Both the position numbers and the translations under genes were made by a program. The notes below the pieces were generated by a model. It searched no databases, was not told the origin of the DNA, and saw only the letters and a program-made list of their open reading frames with translations. From positions 1-42,897 of the IMG/VR virus record IMGVR_UViG_3300021437_000006: DNA of 42,897 nt; one strand, written 5' to 3'. The DNA comes from a virus. Shown piece by piece: positions 35,566 to 42,517 of this stretch; position 1 is the stretch's first letter; each line of letters starts with the position of its first letter.

Positions 35566-35786
35566 GTTGACCTCCAGAGAAGGGCACAGCCACAGTCCGG
35601 ACACTTATCAACAGTGAATGCTACATATTTAGTAACAAATGATTTTCTAACAGTCGTCTTTCGCCCACGTCTAACAATTGGATAAGTACAACACTTATTC
35701 GATGAGCAAAGAGCGCGCGGCGGATCTTTTAATTTAGCCGAAGCAAGACTACCATAATCAAGACTATCTTTATTTAAAATATCCAT
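35562..35786 (-). CDS. basic zinc-ribbon protein
   Basis: About 74 aa from ATG 35786, in a TGATG overlap. Contains CSSNKCC...CPDCGC and is Arg/Lys-rich. Confidence 0.55.
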   Translation of the reverse strand: MDILNKDSLDYGSLASAKLKDPPRALCSSNKCCTYPIVRRGRKTTVRKSFVTKYVAFTVDKCPDCGCALLWRST

Positions 35787-36007
35787 CAATGGCCACCTTC
35801 GGTATCCGATAACTCAATACCAAAATTATAACTAAATTCCGGATCTGAAATTATCTTACGAACAACTAGCACTAGGAGATTATTCAAACACACCTCGCGC
35901 TCATCGGCGTACTCGCTATTAATTATGGTATATCGCAAAGACTTACACTCTTCCTCGTATTTAAAATCCTGCTCGGCTATTTCTATTTCCTTAACCGACT
36001 CGCTCAT
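35786..36007 (-). CDS. strongly acidic small protein
   Basis: 73 aa. I count 17 Asp+Glu against 7 Lys+Arg. ATGA overlap upstream. Confidence 0.55.
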   Translation of the reverse strand: MSESVKEIEIAEQDFKYEEECKSLRYTIINSEYADEREVCLNNLLVLVVRKIISDPEFSYNFGIELSDTEGGH

Positions 36008-36579
36008 TGACTAAGCTCCCGAACCTTTTTCGCCAAAGGTACAATTTGCGCCTTTGGCAAAACTGGCTTCTTGCCACCGTCGTAAATTACAATCTCAACC
36101 AATCCGTCATCAGGAGTTTTTGATTTCAACTGTTGCTTCAATAAATCAATCTCAAGCATCAACGATTTACATAACTGCTCGTGTTTCTGATCAACGATAT
36201 CCGCAAGTCTAGAAATATTTTTCAGCAAATCCGAATCATGATCGCCAAGAGTTTTATAAAGACCTGATGATTTCGTATCGACCTCAGCGATATATGAATT
36301 AATATCATCTGATTTTTTATTGATGACATTATACACTTGATTTATTGCTTCGCTATTTCCATCACACAAACGACGATTCGTCTCTCCTGATTTTTTAGCG
36401 TCTTCTATTTCTTTGTAAATATGCTCAATCTTTTTCTTCAATGTATCGACATCGGTCGCGCGATTTGATAAATTTTGCTTAATGCTTGCTATCTTACTTG
36501 AATCACCATGCAAAATTAAAAATACACCAATAACCGATAAGGCAATACCAGAGCCGAAAAGAACGTATTCTATCCCCAC
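36004..36579 (-). CDS. membrane-anchored coiled-coil protein
   Basis: 191 aa with a GTG start. N-terminal TM helix (YVLFGSGIALSVIGVFLILHG), then a long charged helical region. Confidence 0.55.
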   Translation of the reverse strand: MGIEYVLFGSGIALSVIGVFLILHGDSSKIASIKQNLSNRATDVDTLKKKIEHIYKEIEDAKKSGETNRRLCDGNSEAINQVYNVINKKSDDINSYIAEVDTKSSGLYKTLGDHDSDLLKNISRLADIVDQKHEQLCKSLMLEIDLLKQQLKSKTPDDGLVEIVIYDGGKKPVLPKAQIVPLAKKVRELSQ

Positions 36580-36590
36580 AAAACACCGCC

Positions 36591-36815
36591 TTAAAATATT
36601 AACGTCCTAGGACCAACTCGGTCATGACCATCAGCGAAGCCCTTCGCATATGCCGTTGCTAAAATACGGCCCAACTCTTTTTCTATGGCAATATTACCGA
36701 CACCATCCTCGGCATCTGATAATGATTTGTATAATTTAGCCTTTTCTTCGCTGAGTCTTTCTTCAGCAAAGCTATTTGCTAGAACATGTAAATCTTTTTG
36801 TGTTTGTACGTCCAT
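36591..36815 (-). CDS. hypothetical protein
   Basis: 74 aa with GGAGGGG as RBS. Confidence 0.55.
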   Translation of the reverse strand: MDVQTQKDLHVLANSFAEERLSEEKAKLYKSLSDAEDGVGNIAIEKELGRILATAYAKGFADGHDRVGPRTLIF

Positions 36816-36833
36816 TTTCCCCTCCGAAAATAA

Positions 36834-36983
36834 TTAAATTACCGTATCCGCTTCTGTTGTAATTCTGCTAGAGCCACAGTTAAGACATATCTTTATATTA
36901 CTCGTCCACGCAGTTCCGCAGTCTTGACACAAATACCAAACACATGCAAAAACGCGCGAATAAATAGCTTTAAATATACTCAT
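36834..36983 (-). CDS. possible 49-aa zinc-ribbon micro-ORF, first ORF of the leftward operon
   Basis: My own translation is MSIFKAIYSRVFACVWYLCQDCGTAWTSNIKICLNCGSSRITTEADTVI, with CxxC-N13-CxxC. No SD is present, so it may be leaderless. It falls below the ORF-track cutoff. Confidence 0.35.
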   Translation of the reverse strand: MSIFKAIYSRVFACVWYLCQDCGTAWTSNIKICLNCGSSRITTEADTVI

Positions 36984-36988
36984 TAATG

Positions 36989-37007
36989 TTTAACTAAAAT
37001 AGTTAAA
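36989..37007. promoter_or_regulatory. operator-like inverted repeat
   Basis: TTTAACTA-aaa-TAGTTAAA has perfect 8-bp arms and lies 6 to 24 nt upstream of the leftward micro-ORF start. Confidence 0.35.
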
Positions 37008-37062
37008 TAAGTTTTGCAAGGTAAAAATAAAGGGGCCAAAGAAATGGCTTTACGATGACCCC

Positions 37063-37079
37063 TCTATATCAGATATAGA
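37063..37079. promoter_or_regulatory. palindrome TCTATAT-cag-ATATAGA
   Basis: Perfect 7-bp arms in the divergent control region. Confidence 0.3.
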
Positions 37080-37168
37080 CTGACCCATACCTGTCTTCGG
37101 GAAGAAGAAATTAATTTTTAGCAAAAGACATATGAGCAATCAACAGGAATAGACACTATCTAACTAGA

Positions 37169-37208
37169 ATTCAACCGCGCTAACCGTCCGTAGCGCACGC
37201 GGTTGAAT
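37169..37208. other. strong hairpin (11-bp stem, 18-nt loop)
   Basis: attcaaccgcg-N18-cgcggttgaat has a perfect stem and no following U-tract. A second, 5-bp hairpin lies at 37212..37228. Confidence 0.45.
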
Positions 37209-37231
37209 ATTGCTAAAGCTCCCTTAGCTTA

Positions 37232-37261
37232 TTGACTCTAAGATGAATTTACAATTAGTTT
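37232..37261 (+). promoter_or_regulatory. candidate promoter of the primase-helicase gene
   Basis: TTGACT-N18-TAGTTT, with GGGAGGGG as RBS and the ATG at 37291 downstream. The -10 element is weak. Confidence 0.3.
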
Positions 37262-37290
37262 GAAAACTTGATACTTCGGGAGGGGATCTA

Positions 37291-39318
37291 ATGGGCATCT
37301 ACAAAGAGTGGGCTGGTAAATATTTTGATAGTGGTATTTCCACTATTCCATGCAACGGTAAAAAAGCACCTATTTTCAATGATTGGTCGAAATACTGCGA
37401 AACCAAACCAACAGAGTCAGAAATCGACGCTTGGACGCAGAAATATTCAGATTCAACACAAATCGGCATGCCACTAGGTGCTGCTAACGGCATCGTCGCA
37501 TTTGATTTCGACTACGAATATGACCCCAAGAAATGCAAAATCACAGAGGAAGAATTCAAACGCGACCGCCAACGAATAGAAGGTGAAATCATGGAGCTCC
37601 TGCCTGCCACCAACATCGGAAAAGTCGGCATGAAGGGGTGGACCCGGTTTTACCAATACAATAACAAATTAGTAAATAAGCTCGCCAACCGCAATAATGT
37701 CAGGCTTTTTGATTTTCTATCAACCGGACGGCAAACGATTATTCCTCCATCACTTCACTCTTCCATCGAAGACAAAAAGGTTTTCTACAAGTGGATCGAT
37801 GAAGACCTACTGCATGCGCCATCTCTTCCAAAACTATCCATGGAAGTCATCGAAACCATCATCTCACTCTATTCAGATCGCCCCAAAGGACAGCGACCTG
37901 CCGTCGGCGACCTTAGTCGACACGAGCGCATCATGTACTACATATTAGACGCTCTCAAGGTCGATCATAACCTAGAGCGTGTAACGGCCATGACCGTTGA
38001 ATACGACATCAAAATCAACGGCACCAACCGATATCTCACCGATCCTAAATATTACGACACCGCGGACGCCAGCAAAAATGCTCAAGAATTCGTGCAAAAG
38101 ATCTTCCGCTGGTCCAATAAGCATAACGCGCTCATGACCAAAGAAGAGAAAAAGGAAGAGAGCTTCACCCCAATATCTTGGGACCATTTCTTCGGCACCG
38201 CCTTCGCAGAAAGCCGCAAAGACATCTTCTCAGAAGAAACTTTCATCAAAAAGACGAAAACCGCCAAGTGGGAGCCAATTAAATTGTATGAAGGTGTCCT
38301 TAGATCATATGCCAGAACCTGTCGCCTGCCAACAAGTTTCGTCGTCGACGAACTAGATCGCTGGGCTTTTGAGAACACGAAGACCGAATTCCTTTGCGAT
38401 ATCCCCATATGGGATGGCCAAGACAGAATCGATAAAATAGCTGGATCCATGAAGGTAACCGGCTTCACCCGTGAACAGGTCGTGGAAATCTTTAAACACT
38501 GGGGAGTCACCATTTTCCGCAGAGTTAACGACTCCTCGGTGCAAAACCGATGTATCATCCTAAAAGGCCTCCAGGGCTTCGGTAAAGATACCCTGGTGCG
38601 ATCTATGCTTAAGGACTTTAAGCCTTATTATGAGTCAACCACGCTGCCAGGGACACCAAAAGACGTGCTGGAGATTGTCTCAAGGCTTTTAGTCATCCAT
38701 ATCGAGGAATTCGACCAGACAAAAGGCATGGACGTCGGCTTCCTGAAGTCACTGATCACCCAACCGACCAGCTTTTTCCGCGAAAGCTACGGCCGAACAC
38801 CGAACTCAAAACCAATGCGTGGCAGTTTCATATCAACCGCCAACGTCGACGATATCTTAAGAGATACGACCGGAAACCGAAGGTTTATCGTCTTACCTGT
38901 TGAGGAAATCGGTTGGGACTATCCTCAGAATGAAAGTTTACAGGTTATCGCTCAATGGAAATCATTTTTCGGTGCAGAAATGCACTTTAAGCTTAGCGAT
39001 GAAACCGAAGCTGCTATCAAGGCAACGGTTCAAGAGTTCACGCCTTCGAACCTTGATGAGTCGATTGTTGAGCTATACAAGGCAAGATTTTACGCCATGA
39101 CCTCGATGAATGGACCTTATCCATACAAAACCGAACTTGCTGGCAGTGAGATTATGGAGATGTTATGCGCCTTGACAAAAGTTTTTTCTTGCTCGCTTAG
39201 AAGGGTACAAATGGCGATCAAAAGTAAGGGTATGTCACGCCGAGTTACGGCAGGGATTTTATACTACATCGATCCTACATCGATCCTACATAAGAAAAAT
39301 GACGCAGACCGGTTTTGA
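37291..39318 (+). CDS. bifunctional prim-pol / VirE (D5-like) primase-helicase
   Basis: 675 aa. The N-terminal prim-pol motifs are GISTIPCNGKKAPIF, IVAFDFDY (DxD) and TIIPPSLH. The C-terminal P-loop domain has Walker A GLQGFGKDT and Walker B LVIHIEEFD. Confidence 0.9.
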   Translation: MGIYKEWAGKYFDSGISTIPCNGKKAPIFNDWSKYCETKPTESEIDAWTQKYSDSTQIGMPLGAANGIVAFDFDYEYDPKKCKITEEEFKRDRQRIEGEIMELLPATNIGKVGMKGWTRFYQYNNKLVNKLANRNNVRLFDFLSTGRQTIIPPSLHSSIEDKKVFYKWIDEDLLHAPSLPKLSMEVIETIISLYSDRPKGQRPAVGDLSRHERIMYYILDALKVDHNLERVTAMTVEYDIKINGTNRYLTDPKYYDTADASKNAQEFVQKIFRWSNKHNALMTKEEKKEESFTPISWDHFFGTAFAESRKDIFSEETFIKKTKTAKWEPIKLYEGVLRSYARTCRLPTSFVVDELDRWAFENTKTEFLCDIPIWDGQDRIDKIAGSMKVTGFTREQVVEIFKHWGVTIFRRVNDSSVQNRCIILKGLQGFGKDTLVRSMLKDFKPYYESTTLPGTPKDVLEIVSRLLVIHIEEFDQTKGMDVGFLKSLITQPTSFFRESYGRTPNSKPMRGSFISTANVDDILRDTTGNRRFIVLPVEEIGWDYPQNESLQVIAQWKSFFGAEMHFKLSDETEAAIKATVQEFTPSNLDESIVELYKARFYAMTSMNGPYPYKTELAGSEIMEMLCALTKVFSCSLRRVQMAIKSKGMSRRVTAGILYYIDPTSILHKKNDADRF

Positions 39319-39528
39319 TGTAGGGGTGTAGGATAAATGTAGGATAAATGTAGGATAATTTTTTTAAGATAGATTAGTAATTACAGTAAGATAATACATT
39401 TGATGTAGGATATGTAGGATAAATCACTAAACTTTTTAAATTGGCATTTAGAGCTATGTTTGTACTGAAATCATAGTAAAACATGTAAAATAATTCTCTA
39501 AAGGAAATTATCCTACATCCCTACATCA
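39264..39528. repeat. iteron array, putative origin of replication
   Basis: Core TGTAGG(A/G)T occurs forward at 39319, 39327, 39338, 39349, 39404 and 39413, and reversed at 39272, 39283, 39510 and 39518. Spacing is 11 bp within clusters. A 21-bp inverted repeat (20/21 match) lies at 39316..39336 and 39508..39528. Confidence 0.7.
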
Positions 39529-39658
39529 CGGTACTTCGCGTCACGGTTTTTTGGGTACAAAAATGTCATCAAAAATAGTCAAAAATCGCACCAAAAAAAG
39601 CATGTCAAAATGTGCGCGTATGCTTAACAATTGGGCACTGTTTGAAAATAGTTCTTGA

Positions 39659-39910
39659 CTATTGGTTTTCTTGCTGTGCGACCCATCGGTCGCCGTTGCC
39701 AGGTAATGCAAAATCTCTTCGCATATTTTTATAAACGGTTACTTGGTCTTTTCTTGCTGCTGGCGTCGGTATCTTAACGTAGCCAGTTACTAAACCCCAT
39801 AATTCGCGGTTATAGCAGGTGTTGGCTCCGATTTTTCCGCCGAAGATGAATATGCCAACGGTGTATGTTAAGAATCCTATGACTAGACTTGCTAACTTTG
39901 TTTTTTTCAC
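39659..39910 (-). CDS. signal-anchored membrane or secreted small protein
   Basis: 83 aa with a GTG start after AAGGAAG. N-terminal MKKTKLASLVIGFLTYTVGIFIFGG. Confidence 0.55.
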   Translation of the reverse strand: MKKTKLASLVIGFLTYTVGIFIFGGKIGANTCYNRELWGLVTGYVKIPTPAARKDQVTVYKNMRRDFALPGNGDRWVAQQENQ

Positions 39911-39924
39911 GTTACACTTCCTTT

Positions 39925-40131
39925 ATGGCTGATACGAATCAAAAACCAAGTAACTGGTCGCCTTGGCCGTACATCGAAAAAGCGACTTCGGCAGTTGGCG
40001 ATATGTTTGATCAAGAAACAGGTCCGGATACCAAAACAAAAGAGGGATCTTCAAAAGCCATGGGCGAATTCGTAAAGCGCGGAAATGATCCCAAAAAGAC
40101 TGCTGACTTCACAAAAGGCTTCAACAAATAA
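39925..40131 (+). CDS. doubtful hydrophilic ORF
   Basis: 68 aa from the ATG at 39925, no SD, disordered-looking composition. It is the only candidate coding sequence in a 250-nt gap. Confidence 0.3.
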   Translation: MADTNQKPSNWSPWPYIEKATSAVGDMFDQETGPDTKTKEGSSKAMGEFVKRGNDPKKTADFTKGFNK

Positions 40132-40138
40132 AAATATA

Positions 40139-40155
40139 TTAGATACGCGCGCGTA
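40139..40155. repeat. GC-core palindromic site S1
   Basis: ttagaTACGCGCGCGTA. The 12-bp perfect palindrome is at 40144..40155. The first 13 nt (ttagatacgcgcg) are identical to site S2. Confidence 0.6.
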
Positions 40156-40160
40156 GGAGC

Positions 40161-40535
40161 CTATCGGCTGCCGACGCATTGCTTCCGGTAATGAACGGGT
40201 CCGCCGATTGAGTCGTAGACCGGCATATCGACACAATTTTGACGCTCGATGGGTGCCGAGAACTGAGCTTGGACCTGTTGCGGTTGTTCATATGCCATTG
40301 GTTCGCTCGCTATAGCCCTGTAGACGGGTTGTTGGGAGCCATTAGTATTGACGGTGACGTTTACGGTTGGTGGCGCCGCCTGGACAATTATAGGAGCTTG
40401 GTTATGGCTCATGACCGCCATCTGGTTGGTTCGTACCAACTCAAGGGCAAGTTCACGGTCCATTTCGGTTGTTTCATGGGCGCATGCTGCTAAAAAAGGC
40501 ACCGCTAAAATTGTGAGAAGTATTTTCTGGTTCAT
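40161..40535 (-). CDS. lipoprotein (moron or superinfection-exclusion candidate)
   Basis: 124 aa. Signal peptide MNQKILLTILAVPFLAAC with lipobox L-A-A-C. GGAGG as RBS and an ATGA overlap with the upstream gene. Confidence 0.7.
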   Translation of the reverse strand: MNQKILLTILAVPFLAACAHETTEMDRELALELVRTNQMAVMSHNQAPIIVQAAPPTVNVTVNTNGSQQPVYRAIASEPMAYEQPQQVQAQFSAPIERQNCVDMPVYDSIGGPVHYRKQCVGSR

Positions 40536-40786
40536 TTTAATCCTCCGTTTTGTTGTCTGTATATTTTTTCTAATTGAGTTATTATTTTTTCTATAATCTT
40601 ATCTATAGAATTAAATTGTCTTCGATTTATTTTGTTATTTACATGCGCCATATTTATAGACATCTGAATTATGTTGATAGCATCATTCAATATTTCATCT
40701 TCATCTGATCCCTTTAGTCTTATTTTTGTTGCTCCAACTGCTTTTGCTGCTGCTCTTAATTCATCTATCGTTCTCGGTGGATTCAT
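40532..40786 (-). CDS. hypothetical helical protein
   Basis: 84 aa with AGGAGA as RBS. Confidence 0.6.
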   Translation of the reverse strand: MNPPRTIDELRAAAKAVGATKIRLKGSDEDEILNDAINIIQMSINMAHVNNKINRRQFNSIDKIIEKIITQLEKIYRQQNGGLK

Positions 40787-40826
40787 TTGATTCTCCTATG
40801 CGCTTTCGCGCGGTTAAAAAAACATT

Positions 40827-40842
40827 TTAGATACGCGCGTAT
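40827..40842. repeat. GC-core palindromic site S2
   Basis: ttagATACGCGCGTAT. The 12-bp perfect palindrome is at 40831..40842, 4 nt after the recombinase stop. Confidence 0.6.
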
Positions 40843-40845
40843 GGG

Positions 40846-41358
40846 TTACCGAATACGCATCATTTTCCTAAATTCGCTGCTGGTGTACGAGTATTCGGCA
40901 TAGATCATGGTGTTTTGGATGTTTCGATGCCCTAGGGCGTACATCACGAATCGCAAGTCCTTGGTCCTTTCATATGCGCGTATGGCAAAAGTGTGCCTCA
41001 GGGCGTGGAAGGTTTTTGGCGCTGGTCGATACAGGTTCCAGAGCGCGTTCAATCGCTTATATGAGATCTCGAAGGGTCGCGTCGGGCTTAAGGACTTAAG
41101 GAGCTCAAGGGCGCCGCGTACTGGTTTCGGTACGATAACTGTTCGTGGTTTGCCGCCTTTCAGGGTGTTGATATGGACTTCGCCGGTTACGGTGTTGATT
41201 TGGTTCCATTCAAGTGCCAACACTTCGGACGCGCGTCCTCCTGAGTGGAGTGCCAGCAAAAATAAGGTCGCGTTTCTGGTGTCGTTATCGATTCTGGATA
41301 TGAGGCTTGACTCTAGATGTTCACGCTCTTCGGTCGTCAAGTATTTTCGAGAGTCCAT
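40846..41358 (-). CDS. tyrosine recombinase, catalytic domain only
   Basis: 170 aa. The full catalytic set is visible: GGRASEVLAL (Arg I), LKGGKPRTV (Lys), HALRHTFA (His-x-x-Arg), LGHRNIQNT and MIYAEY (Tyr). There is no N-terminal core-binding domain. Confidence 0.85.
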   Translation of the reverse strand: MDSRKYLTTEEREHLESSLISRIDNDTRNATLFLLALHSGGRASEVLALEWNQINTVTGEVHINTLKGGKPRTVIVPKPVRGALELLKSLSPTRPFEISYKRLNALWNLYRPAPKTFHALRHTFAIRAYERTKDLRFVMYALGHRNIQNTMIYAEYSYTSSEFRKMMRIR

Positions 41359-41363
41359 ATTGG

Positions 41364-41600
41364 TTATCCTTTCAGTGATTGGATCAGTTTAAAGAGCTCA
41401 TCTCGGTGTTCTCGGCTGGTGAGCTTCTCAAGTTCGACATACCTTTCAACATCTGGGTCTTCGTTGTCGTGGTATAGGTCAATGAAGCCAGCCGCATACA
41501 TCATGGATACGAAGCGCGGAAGATCTGATATGTCGATATCTTTTGGTTTTAGGAAGCGATGATATAACGACTCTAATTTGAATGATCTTGGATGTTTCAT
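41364..41600 (-). CDS. hypothetical protein immediately upstream of the recombinase gene
   Basis: 78 aa. Its stop lies 5 nt before the recombinase ATG. Confidence 0.55.
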   Translation of the reverse strand: MKHPRSFKLESLYHRFLKPKDIDISDLPRFVSMMYAAGFIDLYHDNEDPDVERYVELEKLTSREHRDELFKLIQSLKG

Positions 41601-41788
41601 TGTATCCTCAGTGCCGCATCGGCGATGTCTATCAACATTTGATAGTTATCAATTTTATTTTTTAGTTGTGCTTCCATGTCTGGCGTACATCTTGCAAGTT
41701 GGAGTTTATGAAAGTCTCTCCAAGCTTCAAGTTTTTCTTTAATAACTGTCATCGCAAGACTGAGCGTGCTTTCTCGTAGAGTTCTCAT
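41597..41788 (-). CDS. hypothetical helical protein
   Basis: 63 aa with ATGA overlaps on both sides. Confidence 0.55.
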   Translation of the reverse strand: MRTLRESTLSLAMTVIKEKLEAWRDFHKLQLARCTPDMEAQLKNKIDNYQMLIDIADAALRIQ

Positions 41789-42291
41789 TGTTTACCTTCG
41801 GCTTTTTCAATTGTTGCTTGAAGTAGCTTTGCAAGATTGTTGTCATGAGCTTCAAGTCCGGGCAACAGATAGGCTTGAACTTTTTTTAGTGTATTCAGCA
41901 TATCTGGAGATGTTACGAATGAAGTAGCGTTGCCTTCCGCAAACTCAGCGAAACGAAGTCTTGCTAATTCAAGACGTTTTTCGCTCGCGCCTGATGCTTT
42001 ATCTAGATGTGTGAAAATGACGCCGATAGAACGTGCTTTCAACACTCCGAGCTTTATGGCATCTAAATAGTCTTGCCTCGCCATGAGGTCCGAATGAGTG
42101 ACTATCTGTAGCACCTGTCCACGCGAGATGAGCAGTTTAATAAATCCATACTTGGTATCAATCCAATCATATCCACCGTTTATATGTAGTTCTTTAATTG
42201 TTATGTTTGGATCGAGTACCGCAGCTTTTATTTTATCTGAGTATTCAATTCGTTTATTTTTGCGTATAGGCTTGAATGCGTTGATTTTCAT
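41785..42291 (-). CDS. hypothetical protein, first gene of the recombinase operon
   Basis: 168 aa from ATG 42291 (MKINAFKP...), with AGGAG 8 nt upstream. The ORF track opens at TTG 42315. Confidence 0.55.
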   Translation of the reverse strand: MKINAFKPIRKNKRIEYSDKIKAAVLDPNITIKELHINGGYDWIDTKYGFIKLLISRGQVLQIVTHSDLMARQDYLDAIKLGVLKARSIGVIFTHLDKASGASEKRLELARLRFAEFAEGNATSFVTSPDMLNTLKKVQAYLLPGLEAHDNNLAKLLQATIEKAEGKQ

Positions 42292-42494
42292 ATCGACAAC
42301 TCCTGGTTGATTCAACTCATGATCGAGTTGATACAGATTATCATTGCATTAGCAGTGCCAACGTCGGAGCCAAACCAATTGCAGTTGATACAATGAGACG
42401 ATGTATAACTTATGTACACAATATATTGTTTACACGCTAAGATGCTGACTAGGCTTATGTTTCCGGTCTTGTCGAACTTTTAGTCGATGGAAAA

Positions 42495-42517
42495 TAGTTA
42501 ACCGATTGAGTTAACTA
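42495..42517. promoter_or_regulatory. inverted repeat TAGTTAAC-N7-GTTAACTA
   Basis: Perfect 8-bp arms. The half-site is the same as at 36989..37007 and 103..113. Confidence 0.3.

Noticed and set aside
39264-39528. The repeat array considered as a CRISPR array.
   Set aside because: The repeat units are only 8 to 11 bp, occur in both orientations, and have no regular spacers of about 30 bp. No cas genes are present.
40907-41392. 161-aa plus-strand ORF antisense to the recombinase gene.
   Set aside because: The minus strand encodes the complete tyrosine-recombinase catalytic motifs. The plus-frame product has no features.
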